From: an uncultured Methanosarcinales archaeon
GTDB taxonomy: Archaea > Halobacteriota > Methanosarcinia > Methanotrichales > Methanotrichaceae
Length of the DNA stretch: 64,000 bases
Reading direction: 5' to 3'
NCBI GenBank assembly: GCA_963843555.1
Contig: CAWJKV010000014.1
Span: forward strand, 121,663 to 185,662
Part shown: positions 1-11,388 of the stretch, in pieces
How positions within the stretch are numbered: position 1 is the first letter of the stretch
How the letters are laid out: every line of letters starts with the position of its first letter
The notes under the pieces: generated by a model
Databases searched by the model: none
What the model was told of the DNA's origin: nothing
The model's input: the letters and a program-made list of their open reading frames with translations, nothing else
Made by a program: the position numbers and the translations under genes

Positions 1-2271
1 CAGGATACAGAGACAAAAGAGCCTGTGCAGGATACAAAAGTACATGCTGAAGTGCATCCAGAAGTGCAAACAGAAGCGCATGCCCAGGATGCAAATGAGC
101 TCGCCAAAGAGGATTCCCTGCAGCTTCGCGTGGCCGAGGCTTATCATAAAGATGCAGGAAAAGGCGTGGCTAGGATCGGCACGACTGCACTAGCCAGCCT
201 GGGTGTGGAAAACGGCGGTGTGGTAGAGCTTAAAGGAAAAGACAAAGTCTATGCCATCGCCTGGCCCGGAACCCCGGATGACCCCCAGGATCTCATCAGA
301 ATCGACGGAAACACCAGAGCCAACCTGGGTTCAGGGATTGACACAAAGGTGCAGGTCTCGCGCGCCCTGGCCAGGCCAGCCAGGAAGATAGTAGTCGCTC
401 CCACGCGCCAGATCCGGCTCATGGGCGGGGCCCAGTATCTGCTGCGCATGCTTCAAGGAAGGGCGGTCGTAAAGGGGGAGATGCTGCGCATAGAGATGAT
501 CAACAACAGCCTCAACCTTGCTGTGGTCAGCACACTGCCAGCCGGCCCGGTGCTCATAACTCAAGAGACCATCATCAGCATCACCAGGGAGACACTGGAA
601 GAGCTGGAACTGCATGTAAGAGAGATCTCCTACGAGGACATCGGCGGCCTCTCCCGGGAGATCAGGGAGATCAGGGAGATGATCGAGGTTCCCCTGCGCC
701 ATCCCGAGCTCTTCAGCCGCCTGGGCATCAACCCGCCCAGCGGAGTCCTCTTGCACGGCCCTCCGGGAACCGGCAAGACGCTCATCGCGAGAGCAGTGGC
801 AAGCGAGACCGACGCCAACTTCATCTCCATCTCCGGTCCCGAGATCGTCTCCAAGTTCTATGGAGAGAGCGAGCAGCGGCTGCGCCAGATCTTCGAGGAA
901 GCAGCGAAGACTGCCCCGTCCATCATCTTCATCGATGAGATCGACTCCATCGCCCCTAAACGGGAGGAGGTATCCGGCGACCTGGAAAGGCGCGTCGTGG
1001 CTCAGCTCCTGGCGCTCATGGACGGCCTCTCTTCCCGTGGAGAGGTGATAGTGATAGCCGCCACCAACCGGCCCAACGCCCTCGACCCAGCTATTCGCAG
1101 AGGCGGTCGCTTCGATCGGGAGATTGAGATCGGCATCCCTAACAAAAACGGCCGGCTGGAGGTGCTTTATGTCCATACAAGGGGCATGCCCTTGGACGAA
1201 TCCCTGGACCTGAAAGAGATCGCAGATTCGACGCATGGCTTCGTGGGCGCAGACCTTTACTCTCTCTGCAAAGAGGCAGCCATGCGAACTCTGGAGAGGG
1301 CGCTGCCCGATCTGGATGTCCAGGAGGACATACCAATGCAGGTGTTGGAGGACCTCCGGGTCACAGAAGAGGACTTCAGAGCCGCTCTGAAGAAGATCGA
1401 GCCCTCTGCCATGAGAGAGGTCTTCGTCGAGGTGGCCGAGGTCCATTGGGATGAAGTGGGCGGCCTGGAGGAGGCCAAGCAGTCTCTGGTCGAGGCGGTG
1501 GAGTGGCCGCTCAAGTATCCGGAGGCCTTCGCGTCAGTAGGGGTTCGCCCGCCCCGGGGCATCCTGCTCTACGGCCTGCCGGGAACGGGCAAGACGCTTC
1601 TGGTGAGGGCTCTGGCGACAGAGAGCAATGTGAACTTCATCAGCGTCAAGGGCCCGGAAATGCTCAGCAAATGGGTAGGCGAATCCGAGCGCGCCGTAAG
1701 AGAGATCTTTCGCAAAGCTCGCCAGGCAGCACCCGCGCTCGTCTTCTTCGATGAGATAGACTCAATAATTCCGGCCCGCGGAAGCGGCTCGGACTCAATG
1801 GTCACAGAGCGGGTGGTCAGCCAGTTCCTGACAGAGATGGATGGGCTGGTGGAGCTCAAAGACGTGGTGATCATAGCCGCTACCAACCGGCCTGACCTGC
1901 TGGACAGCTCAATGCTCCGGCCGGGCAGATTCGATCGTTTAATTTATATTCCCATGCCGGATAAGGACGCAAGGAAAAGAATACTTGAGATTCATCTCTC
2001 TGGAATGGCGGTTTCCGAAGTCTCGCCGCAATGGCTGGCGGAGATCACTGAAGACTTCAGCGGTGCCGACCTGGAGATGCTCTGCCGGGAGGCGGGAATG
2101 CTTGCTTTGCGAGAGCATATTCGACCCGGCGTGAAAAGAGAAGAATTGATAATTGATAAAATCATGGTTACAAAGGAACATTTCCAGGAAGCTACTGTGC
2201 ACATCAAGCCACATCTCTCCAAAAGCATTCTGGAAGAATATTCAAAGATGCTCCAGGGTTTCAATGCCTAA
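1..2271 (+). CDS. cdc48: CDC48/VCP-family AAA+ ATPase (5' end probably lies upstream of the window)
   Basis: N-domain plus two AAA modules (GPPGTGKT...IIFIDEID and GLPGTGKT...FFDEID, RPGRFDR); frame 1 is open from base 1. Confidence 0.95.
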   Translation, partial: QDTETKEPVQDTKVHAEVHPEVQTEAHAQDANELAKEDSLQLRVAEAYHKDAGKGVARIGTTALASLGVENGGVVELKGKDKVYAIAWPGTPDDPQDLIRIDGNTRANLGSGIDTKVQVSRALARPARKIVVAPTRQIRLMGGAQYLLRMLQGRAVVKGEMLRIEMINNSLNLAVVSTLPAGPVLITQETIISITRETLEELELHVREISYEDIGGLSREIREIREMIEVPLRHPELFSRLGINPPSGVLLHGPPGTGKTLIARAVASETDANFISISGPEIVSKFYGESEQRLRQIFEEAAKTAPSIIFIDEIDSIAPKREEVSGDLERRVVAQLLALMDGLSSRGEVIVIAATNRPNALDPAIRRGGRFDREIEIGIPNKNGRLEVLYVHTRGMPLDESLDLKEIADSTHGFVGADLYSLCKEAAMRTLERALPDLDVQEDIPMQVLEDLRVTEEDFRAALKKIEPSAMREVFVEVAEVHWDEVGGLEEAKQSLVEAVEWPLKYPEAFASVGVRPPRGILLYGLPGTGKTLLVRALATESNVNFISVKGPEMLSKWVGESERAVREIFRKARQAAPALVFFDEIDSIIPARGSGSDSMVTERVVSQFLTEMDGLVELKDVVIIAATNRPDLLDSSMLRPGRFDRLIYIPMPDKDARKRILEIHLSGMAVSEVSPQWLAEITEDFSGADLEMLCREAGMLALREHIRPGVKREELIIDKIMVTKEHFQEATVHIKPHLSKSILEEYSKMLQGFNA

Positions 2272-2371
2272 CTTAGCAACAGAACTCCATGTGCAGAGAA
2301 ATAAGAAATGGCAATAAAGAGAATGAATAAAAAATTGATACAATTAAAGGCATCAGAGGACTACGAAGAAT

Positions 2372-4339
2372 ATGGATCCAAAGCAGCAGATATATAGTCA
2401 AGAACGACCAAAAGACAATATGAGGGCCGAAAAATTGACTTTGGAAGACGGGTCGAAAGAGCTGCTTGGCGATATTGATTTTCAGGACACAAGCAGCATA
2501 ACCGTGCCTGAGAGCCTCATTGATCAGGTGATCGGCCAGGAAGAAGCCGTTGAAGTGATCAAGAAGGCAGCGCGCCAAAGAAGGCATGTCATGCTCATCG
2601 GGTCGCCGGGAACAGGAAAATCCATGCTCGGTAAGGCCATGAGCGAGCTTCTTCCTGTAGAGGAGCTACAGGATGTGCTGGTCTATTCCAATCCGGAGGA
2701 CAACAATACCCCACGCATCCGCGTCGTGCCTGCCGGCAGGGGCAAGCAGATCGTCGATGCTCAGAAGATGGAGGCCAGAAAGAAGATCCAGACACGGAAC
2801 ATGTTCTTAATGCTCATAGTAATGGCTCTAATCGTTTATGCTTACTACATGGGCCAGCTTCTCTTCGGCATCATAGCCGCAGCGCTTCTATTCATCTCCT
2901 TGCGCTACATGCTGCCCAAAGAGGATGCTATGGTTCCGAAGCTGCTGGTTGACAACAACAGCAAGAAAAAGGCGCCCTATGTCGATGCCACAGGAGCGCA
3001 CGCAGGAGCCCTTCTGGGCGACGTCCGGCATGACCCCTTCCAGTCCGGTGGCCTGGAGACACCTTCTCACGAGCGAGTGGAATGCGGCGCCATTCATAAG
3101 GCCCACAAAGGCGTCCTCTTCATTGACGAGGTAAACACCCTGCGACCGGAATCGCAGCAAAGCCTGCTCACAGCTCTGCAGGAGGGCGAGTATCCTATCA
3201 CCGGCCAGAGCGAACGCAGCTCGGGTGCCCTGGTCAGAACGGAGCCCGTGCCCTGTAACTTTATCATGATAGCAGCCGGAAATCTGGATGCTGTGCAAGG
3301 AATGCATCCGGCCTTGAGGTCGCGCATAAAAGGCTACGGGTATGAGGTCTACATGCGGGATACCATGGACGACACCCTGGAGAATAGAAATAAGCTCATC
3401 AGATTCGTGGCCCAGGAGATCGTAAGGGATGGCAAAATACCGCACTTTACAAGGGATGCTGTAGCTGAGATCATGCGAGAAGCCAAGAGGAGGTCCGGCA
3501 GGAAAGGCCACCTCACATTGATGCTCCGCGATCTGGGCGGTTTGATCAGAGTTTCGGGAGATGTTGCCCGGGCCGAAAGTGCAAACCTGACCGAGACGAA
3601 TCACGTCCTGCAGGCCAAGAAGATGGCCCGGTCGGTGGAACAGCAGCTCGCAGACAGGTACATGGAAAGGCGCAAGGATTACAGCATGTTCCACTCCACC
3701 GGAGATGAGGTGGGAAGAGTCAACGGTCTTGCCGTTATGGGCGACTCCGGAATAGTGCTGCCCATCATGGCCGAGGTCACCCCAGCCCAGTCCAAAGAGG
3801 AAGGGAAGATCATAGCCACGGGGAAATTGCAGGAGATCGCCAGGGAAGCAGTGACGAATGTCTCCGTGCTCATCAAGAAGTTCCTGGGAGAAGACATCAC
3901 CAACAAGGATGTTCATATCCAGTTCATCGGCACCTATGAGGGAGTGGAAGGCGACAGCGCCTCTATCTCCATCGCCACGGCGGTCATATCCGCTCTGGAA
4001 GGCGTGCCTGTGAAGCAGACGGTGGCCATGACCGGCTCACTGTCAGTGCGAGGAGACGTCATGCCTGTGGGCGGAGTGACGCAAAAGATCGAGGCCGCAG
4101 CCCTCGCAGGCATCAAGACGGTGCTGATACCCAAATCCAATATGGGAGACGTGCTGATCGATGACGCCATCAAGGGCATGATTGAGATCATCCCGGTATC
4201 CAACATCAGCGAGGTCTTTGAGTACGCCATGGGCAGTCAGAGGACCAGGCTGATCGAGAAGCTGAAGAGGTTTGCCACAGAAAAGAAGATCGGCATCATT
4301 CTGCCCGAGACCATCCCAGCTCCCATCCGGAGCGTCTGA
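2372..4339 (+). CDS. lonB: Archaeal ATP-dependent protease LonB, membrane-anchored
   Basis: GSPGTGKS Walker A, two TM helices inserted in the AAA domain, catalytic GDSAS serine and downstream lysine. Confidence 0.95.
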   Translation: MDPKQQIYSQERPKDNMRAEKLTLEDGSKELLGDIDFQDTSSITVPESLIDQVIGQEEAVEVIKKAARQRRHVMLIGSPGTGKSMLGKAMSELLPVEELQDVLVYSNPEDNNTPRIRVVPAGRGKQIVDAQKMEARKKIQTRNMFLMLIVMALIVYAYYMGQLLFGIIAAALLFISLRYMLPKEDAMVPKLLVDNNSKKKAPYVDATGAHAGALLGDVRHDPFQSGGLETPSHERVECGAIHKAHKGVLFIDEVNTLRPESQQSLLTALQEGEYPITGQSERSSGALVRTEPVPCNFIMIAAGNLDAVQGMHPALRSRIKGYGYEVYMRDTMDDTLENRNKLIRFVAQEIVRDGKIPHFTRDAVAEIMREAKRRSGRKGHLTLMLRDLGGLIRVSGDVARAESANLTETNHVLQAKKMARSVEQQLADRYMERRKDYSMFHSTGDEVGRVNGLAVMGDSGIVLPIMAEVTPAQSKEEGKIIATGKLQEIAREAVTNVSVLIKKFLGEDITNKDVHIQFIGTYEGVEGDSASISIATAVISALEGVPVKQTVAMTGSLSVRGDVMPVGGVTQKIEAAALAGIKTVLIPKSNMGDVLIDDAIKGMIEIIPVSNISEVFEYAMGSQRTRLIEKLKRFATEKKIGIILPETIPAPIRSV

Positions 4340-4343
4340 CCAA

Positions 4344-5664
4344 ATGGCACCGGAGTTCCATGACATCCGCATTTTGCGGGGCAGCAGAACGAGGATTGTC
4401 CTGGACAATGGCAAGCTGGAAGAGATATCCCAGGCACCATTCCAGGGGGCATCAGTGCGCGCTCTGTACGGAGGTGCCTGGGGTTTTGTTACAACCGATA
4501 GCGTAGATGGCCTGGAGGAAGAGATCGATCTGGCCAGGCGCATAGCCAGGAAGATCGACAGACAGGAGGAGCTGAGGCTGGCAGAGGCGCCAGCCGGTAA
4601 GAGCATAGCGGTGCCTGTGAAGAAAGACCCGAAAGACCTCTCTTTAGAGGAGAAGGTAGGGCTCCTCAGGGAGATTGAGGACTGCGGCAAAAGTTAAAGG
4701 CGTCTCCTCAACCCAGGCGGTCTACTCGGAGATGGAACTGGTGTCACACTACAGCAGCTCTGAAGGCCTGGATCTGGAATCGAAGACGACCAGAATGGGC
4801 TTTATGGTCAGCGCTGTAGCCCACAGAAACGGGCTCTACCAGACAGATGGAGAAGGCCGGGCGGGCGTGGGCGGACTCGAGCTCTTTGATCGGGAAGACC
4901 CCGTAGCTCTGGCCAGGGTAGTAGGAGAGACGGCCGTTGCACTCCTGGATGCACAGGCGCCCAGAGGTGGAACCTATCCCGTAGTCCTCGATCAGGAGCT
5001 CGCCGGCGTGTTTGTTCATGAGGCCGTGGGCCATGCCACGGAAGGGGATATAATTTTGGAGGGGGACTCCTGTCTGGAAGGAAAGCTTGGCGAGACGATC
5101 GCGTCAGAAATGGTGACCGTAAAAGATGACCCTAGCCTGATGCTAAACGGCTATTACCCCTTTGATGATGAGGGAAGCCTGGCCCAGGAGACGGTCTTGG
5201 TCGAGAAAGGAGTACTGAGATCGTTTCTCAATACTCGCGAGACAGCCGCAAGATTGGGTGGGGTGCCGCGTAATGCGCGTGCTGAGGGCACTGACCGGCC
5301 GGTGGTGCGCATGAGCAATACCTACATTGCCAACGGGGACTGGAAATTAGAAGAAATCCTGGAGGAGCTGGGCAGTGGAGTCTATCTGGCAGGAAGCCGG
5401 GGGGGACAGGTGAGCACCGGAGAGGGTGTCTTCCAGTTCAATGCCAAGAGCGGTTACCTGGTGGAAGATGGAGAGAAGACGAAGCTACTCCGGGACGTGT
5501 CCCTGTCCGGCAAGATCTTAGAGACTTTACTGCATGTCAAGGCTGTAGGAAATGATCTGAAATATAACAGCGGGCGCTGCGGAAAATCCGGTCAGTTAGT
5601 GCCCGTGAGCGACGGATCGCCCCATCTGCTAGTCGCCCAGGCGACAGTTGGCGGAACGGGATAA
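4344..5664 (+). CDS. tldD: TldD/PmbA-family metalloprotease, frameshifted near 4680
   Basis: GASVRAL..GAWGF N-terminus, HEAVGH Zn motif, RMSNTY and CGKSGQ motifs; split over ORFs 4272..4697 and 4675..5664. Confidence 0.9.
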
Positions 5665-5690
5665 GTGTTTCAAGAGCCCTGATCTTTCAA

Positions 5691-6467
5691 TCAGACCTTT
5701 ATCTGTCCTTTCAGCCAATTCCACCCCTCTCCAGCCGCTCTGTCGAGCTCTTTTTCAGCATATTCCTGAAGCTTGGGGAGTATATTCTTTTGCAGATCGT
5801 TTTTCAGATCACTTTCAGTATTGTTTTTCAGATCAGTTGGAGTACCGTTTTTCGGATCGTTTTGGGTGTCCTTTTTCGAACTTTGTTGCAGGTTCTCTTG
5901 TGGACTCTCTTGCAGATCCGGCAGTGGCCTGACCACAGAAGGGGTACCCTCTTCGGACCACCAATCCTGAGGATCGAACTCATTATTGGCTGAGTTTTCC
6001 AGCTTTGCATGCCCGGCGTCCACCAGCAAGCGGTTGAAATTGGGCGAAACCAGCGGCTGGCCATAGAACCCCGTGAGATAGGCTACACAAATGAGGCTTC
6101 CATGAATGTCGCGACCACTGCCGCTGCCTGAAAGGTCATCGATATCCAGGTACACCCTCTTGTTTATGAGTACCGCAAAGGTGAAATCCCTCGCCGCTGG
6201 CCCCTGGAGGGTACCAATCTCTGGAGATTTGACTTCTGCCAAACGGATGCGCTCCACGCTGTAGGTGATTCTGGGATCAGCCTTTTCAATTGTGACATCG
6301 AATGTATTACCATCCACTACATTTGTAACCGTACCATAGGCCTCGTCCTGGGAGGCTAGGGCGACGGGAATAGAGATTGCACTCAGCATCAGCAAAAACA
6401 GCAATAATAAAGGAAACAAGACTGCAGGAGTCGGTATCTTTTGAATCAACCCGGAATCGAATTGCAT
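5691..6467 (-). CDS. Exported thermonuclease (SNase)-like protein, probably catalytically degenerate
   Basis: Signal/TM segment followed by VVDGNTFDV, RIRLA..SPE and N..LV..GHA SNase-like motifs; low-complexity C-terminal tail. Confidence 0.75.
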   Translation of the reverse strand: MQFDSGLIQKIPTPAVLFPLLLLFLLMLSAISIPVALASQDEAYGTVTNVVDGNTFDVTIEKADPRITYSVERIRLAEVKSPEIGTLQGPAARDFTFAVLINKRVYLDIDDLSGSGSGRDIHGSLICVAYLTGFYGQPLVSPNFNRLLVDAGHAKLENSANNEFDPQDWWSEEGTPSVVRPLPDLQESPQENLQQSSKKDTQNDPKNGTPTDLKNNTESDLKNDLQKNILPKLQEYAEKELDRAAGEGWNWLKGQIKV

Positions 6468-6860
6468 AAGTCACCTATAACCTAACATGAGACGTATATC
6501 CTCATCAGCTATTACGCTATTCATTATATCGCATCATTACATCACTTGGATACATATTAATTTTCTTGCTATCCATGTTAATCCTTCACTCTTATTGATA
6601 TCGGTTACTTGTTTCTGGGCGAGGCCAATAGACTGTGCTCAATTCAAAATCATTCGCAGATATATGGGACTTAGTAGTTGATAGATTAACCATAAATTTC
6701 TATCTTTTCAGGGGGGCAGCAGGAGGGCAAGACTGTTACAATTCTCATCCGGGGGAATAGCTTTCACTCCGCAAATGATTATAGAGAAGAACGACTTTGA
6801 CTGGTTGAATTGGGATAAATTGACCTAAACGTTGGTTTTATTGTTTAAAGACGATCGGCC

Positions 6861-7247
6861 TTATTCTTGGACTACCACTTTGACATCAAGCGATCGACTT
6901 CTTGTCCCATTCACTGCCGTTAGCGTATAGGTGGTGGTATTGGTCGGAGTCACCAAGGTGGATCCTTTGAGCCCCACCATGCCAATCTCGGGGTCTATCT
7001 CCACCTGGCTGGCGCCGATAACGCTCCAGCTGAGGATAGAAGCTTCCCCGGGGGCCACCGCTACGGGGTTGGCATCCAAGAACTCGATTACAGGGTAAGG
7101 AGAGCCGAAGATGTTGATCGCCAGCAGTCCCCCGCCGATAATTGCCACCAGCAATGCGAACCAGATTACGATTCCAATCGGCGTTTTCCAGAACGACTTC
7201 TGCATCTCCCAGTAGTTCATCTTTTGAGCCATCTGATCGAATGGCAT
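6861..7247 (-). CDS. Membrane-anchored hypothetical protein with a small Ig/PKD-like domain
   Basis: One TM helix, then LSWSV...PTNTTTYTLTA beta-sandwich pattern. Confidence 0.7.
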   Translation of the reverse strand: MPFDQMAQKMNYWEMQKSFWKTPIGIVIWFALLVAIIGGGLLAINIFGSPYPVIEFLDANPVAVAPGEASILSWSVIGASQVEIDPEIGMVGLKGSTLVTPTNTTTYTLTAVNGTRSRSLDVKVVVQE

Positions 7248-7313
7248 GTTATACTGGTAATTATACTCTGCTCTTCCCTTTAAAAAGAGGTCTTCGATAT
7301 TCCTGGTATGAAA

Positions 7314-7826
7314 TCAGGATATCTCGGTGATATATTCACGTCGATTAATCTTGAATTGATCCGGGCATTCATCGCAGATCACATTCAGCCCTCGGATCTG
7401 CTCGCAGGTCAGGGACCCCAGACCTTCTTTCCTGTAGATGTTCTCCAGGAGGCTGCCAATGGCGTTCGTATTCGCCCCGGCTTTGATGAGGATTTTCCTT
7501 GATTCGGGAAGAGCAAAGCCTGCATCCTTCAGTTCAAATCCCAGTGCCATGCCCGTTTTCCAGCCGGAGGGATCAAGTGTTACATCACGAGAGAGAAGCA
7601 TACGAAGAAAGCAGCCCCGCAGATTGGGGGATCTGTCCAGTTCGAACTGCTTTCTCACATTCATCTTCAGATCGTCCTCTGATACGTGCCTCTCTTCGAG
7701 GCAGGAATTGCAGAGCTTCGGCCCCAACAGCCCGGGTCCTTCCAGTGCTGCCAAAGTGGATAACCCTCCACAATTTGCGCATGCGTCACCAGAATAATGG
7801 ACCCTCATCTCATCTAAGAAATCCAT
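7314..7826 (-). CDS. Cys-rich hypothetical protein (N-terminal Zn finger, possible PriL-CTD-like 4-Cys domain)
   Basis: CANC...CNSC, then RGC...TC...IC..C spacing. Confidence 0.6.
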   Translation of the reverse strand: MDFLDEMRVHYSGDACANCGGLSTLAALEGPGLLGPKLCNSCLEERHVSEDDLKMNVRKQFELDRSPNLRGCFLRMLLSRDVTLDPSGWKTGMALGFELKDAGFALPESRKILIKAGANTNAIGSLLENIYRKEGLGSLTCEQIRGLNVICDECPDQFKINRREYITEIS

Positions 7827-8198
7827 GCCACCCTCAGAAGGCGCAGTTCCATAACCCTAGTCTCCAGAGACTTCACTGTCACATTATGAACTAAGGCTTC
7901 TGCTATCAGGTCACCATATCCGTCTGCTGCTTCTTTGAGAATCCCATCCATCATTTCATCATTTATCATATCTTTAGCGAATTGCATCTCAACACATTTC
8001 CTTTTTAAATTTAATTATTATTTCTGTCATAAATAGTTTCGACTGCTTCCAAGGCCATGGAAGAGTTCGATAGCCAGCCCGACAAGGGCATTGAGAATCA
8101 AAAAAGTGCAGGGTTTTGGTCCCGCATCATCTGATCCGCAAGTTGCGGAAAGCTCTGGTCCTGGCTAGAACAGATCGATTAAAGAATGATCGAATCAA

Positions 8199-8393
8199 TC
8201 AGTATCTTCTGGGCGGTCTGGATGAACTGGCAGGCTTATGCTTCTGGTAGCAATCGCTGCAGTACACTGGCCGGGATCCATCTGGCTTGAAGGGAACTTG
8301 GCATGTCTTGCCGCATTCTGAACAGGTAACGTCGTGCATCTCTCTTGGGCCGCTGCTGAAGCCGCCTCTGTTTCCGCTTCCATATTTTTCCAT
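8199..8393 (-). CDS. CxxC-x17-CxxC domain small nucleic-acid-binding protein
   Basis: REMHDVTCSECGKTCQVPFKPDGSRPVYCSDCY family signature. Confidence 0.9.
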   Translation of the reverse strand: MEKYGSGNRGGFSSGPREMHDVTCSECGKTCQVPFKPDGSRPVYCSDCYQKHKPASSSRPPRRY

Positions 8394-8526
8394 TTAAATT
8401 CACTTACCGTTTATCGATTCAAGATCGATTTATGCCACAAAAAACATCTCAACGAATTCCCTGAATCGACGCTATTGCAACCTTGCATACAGGCCTGCAC
8501 TGATCTATATACCTGTTGGTCAAAAT

Positions 8527-9470
8527 CTATTCACCGTCGTTCTTTCGCCTCAACTCAATTCCAGTCCGGTTATCTATTTTCCTTCTTCCCTCTTCCTCTC
8601 CCTCTTCCATCTTCAACAGGGCGCTTCTGCTATGCTCCAATAGTATGGAGACAATGCCTTCCGTCTCGCCCAGGCCGCGTAGCTGCACCTCAACCTCGAA
8701 ACCCTCCCGCTCCAGGGTGCTCTTCCAGGACTCGGGGGCCGCTCCTGCGATATCATTTTCGGCATGCCCTCCGGCCACCAGCAGAAAGGGCAGCAGTCTG
8801 ACCTTTCTCGTCCCGAGGCTCTTTAGCTCTGCCACCATTTCAGATAGCCCTGGAAAGCCTTCAATCGTGCCCAGGAAGACGTTGCGGTGATCCTTCTCCA
8901 AAACGCGGGCCATAAGAGAGTAGAGGGCATCCGCCGGATGGCCTGTGCCGTGGCCCGCCAGAAGCATAGCATCCTTTTGCGGGTCGAGATCGGAGAGGCT
9001 CTGCAGCTTGCCCTTCCTCTGCGCTCTCTCCTTCTCCCCAGCCGGAGCCGTTCCACAAAGCGGGCAGGACTCTGGAGACCCTGTCGGCAGTCTTCCAGGC
9101 TCGAGAGGAGAGGCAGGCCGATCTCCAGCCGTTCGAAGTCGGGCTCTGCCCCATGAACTGTAAGATCCTGCACCAGTGAAGCTAACAGGTGAAACTCAGA
9201 CCCCGGCACGATCTGCAGGGATTGGATGACCACACTCCTGCATCCCGAGGAGTGCAGCTCCGCAAGCGCTTCCAGAGGGCTGGCGACGGTGATCCCCTCC
9301 TTCTCCCGCAATCTCTTTATCATGAGCCTGGAGGTGAAGGCCAGCCTGACAAGGGTGCCGGGGAACTCGAGCTCGTAGGCTTTCCGCATGCGCTCATAGG
9401 TTGCCAGGGCCCGAGTTGAAAGAGAGCCGTAGGGCGCGAGGACAATTGCGGGTTTTTTCAGGGATGGCAT
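8527..9470 (-). CDS. cbiK: Sirohydrochlorin cobaltochelatase (CbiK type), frameshifted
   Basis: YGS, AFTSR, QSLQIVPGSEF, GHGTGHP, GTIEGFP and PFLLVAGGHAENDI motifs; split across frames. Confidence 0.85.
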
Positions 9471-9521
9471 CCGATCAACTCCGTTGTTGCAGTTCAATCA
9501 TCAGAATAGAATCTGCTTCCG

Positions 9522-9935
9522 CTACTCTTCTTTTGACTTGCCCTCGAACTCCTGAAAAGTTCGCAGCGCCGGATGCCAGGACCTTTGTCTGGCCGATGAT
9601 GGCGGCGATGAAGACTGCATCCAGGATCTCGTCCTCGCTCGCGCCCGCGCGCGCTGCGGCGCTCATGTGCACCTTCAGGCACTTGTCCGCGCCAGAGCTT
9701 GCGGCTGCGGCCACGGCCAGCAGCTCCGCGGTCTTGGGGTCGAGGCTTTTGGGCCGCAGGGCATAGAAGTCCTTCAGGCTGGAGAAGATCATGAACTCCG
9801 GGCGGCGGGCCATGACCTGCAGGATGAAGGGCACGGTGCCCAGCATCTGTTCGGTGTCGTCGAAGATGTCCTCCTGCAGAGAGTCGCTGATTGCTCCAGG
9901 AGGGCTTTGATGAGGTCTTTGTTTTCGGGTTTCAT
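9522..9935 (-). CDS. Carboxymuconolactone decarboxylase (CMD/AhpD-like) family protein, frameshifted
   Basis: LDPKTAELLAVAAAA..GADKCLKVH..AA..AGAS.DEI motif; ATG directly follows the TPR gene stop. Confidence 0.8.
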
Positions 9936-11388
9936 TTAATCACGTATGCTTTCATTTTCCCATTCTTGCAGCTTTCGCCTTATCTTCTCGGCATGTGGAT
10001 CTTCGATCTCTTCAAGAATTTTGAGAGCGGCTTTGGCACAGTCAATATGCTTTCGCTCTCTGGCCAAGTTGATCTAAAGCAAGACTCATGTTCCATAGAG
10101 CGTTTCCTTCTCCTCTTCTGTCCCCGATCTCGCGGGAGAGCTTTAAGGCCTGCTCGTAGTACTCGATGGCCTTGCGGACATCGCCCAAGGTCGGCGTAGC
10201 CGCGCCCAGGTTGCCCAGGTCGGTCCCTTCACCGCCTCGGTCGCCGATCTCGCGGGCGATGGCCAGCGCCTGCTCGTAGTACTCGATGGCCTTGTGGAGC
10301 ATCGCCCAGGTCGGCGTAGGCCAGCCCAGGTTGCCCAGGTTTGCACCTTCACCCCTTCTGTCCCCTATCTCGCGGGCGATGGCCAGTGCCTGCTCGTAGT
10401 ACTCGATGGCCTTGCGGACATCGCCCAGGTCGGCGTAGGCATTGCCCAGGTTGCCCAGTGCATTTCCTTCACCCCTTCTGTCCCCGATCTCGCGGGCGAT
10501 CGCCAGGGCCTGCTCGTAGTACTCGATGGCCTTGCGGACATCGCCCAGGTCGGCGTAGGCATTGCCCAGGTTGCCTAAGCCATGCTCCTTCACTTCTTCT
10601 GTCCCCGATCTCGCGGGCGATGGTCAGCGCCTGCTCGTGGTACTCGATGGCCTTGCGGACATCGCCCAAGGCGTAGTAGGCATTGCCTAGATTGCCTCAG
10701 TGCGATTCCTTCGCCCCTTCGGTCACCGATCTCGCAAGCTATGGCCAGAGCCTGCTCGAAGCACTCGATGGCCTTGCATTGCTCACTTAACAAAGAATGA
10801 ACTGTACCCAGCTCATTCAGGATATTTGCTCTCTCTCTCTGATCACTAATCTTCTCCAACAAGTACTCGTTAATGCTCTTGCGCCTCAGCAATTCCTCTT
10901 TGTTCTGATAGCTGAAGTCGAGTGGCATAGACAGCGCCTCTATGGCTTGATAGGCCTGCCCATGATCTTCACCTTTCAGTATGTGGTATCCGCCTCTGTA
11001 CCTCCAGAAGTCGGGAGCTTGCCAGATCACATCATCCAGCGCCGCTGGAGTCATGAAGATCAGGCTCGGCACGCCTGCATCGTAAAAAAGCTCGCGAAAG
11101 TTGTTTAGAGCATCTAAAATATCTTTGCTAAGCGTCTCGGGAAGAATCCATACCAGGATCTCCTCTTCCATCGGCCTGAATGCTCCGAAGATCGGAGATG
11201 AGACAATCACCATTCTCTACCGCCACGATTCTGGCAGGAAATCGTGCCTTTATAACTTCAATTACCTTCTCTCGATAAGCAGGAGATGCGACTGTGCAGA
11301 GAATGAGGTTTCCTTTCCCCTGAGAGATCTTCAGCTCCGTGAGCAGGAGATCGATCTCATCCAGATCCTCTAGGGAGAGCGGCTCCAT
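9936..11388 (-). CDS. TPR-repeat protein with N-terminal degenerate NTPase-like domain, several frameshifts
   Basis: LN.FRE.F...APDFW.YR motif, then about six 40-aa repeats GNLGNAYADLGDVRKAIEYYEQALAIAREIGDRRGE. Confidence 0.8.
10100..10780 (-). repeat. 120-bp tandem repeats (about 6 units) encoding TPRs
   Basis: tgctcgtagtactcgatggccttg recurs at 10151, 10271, 10391 and 10511, with variants at ~10632 and ~10753. Confidence 0.9.
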
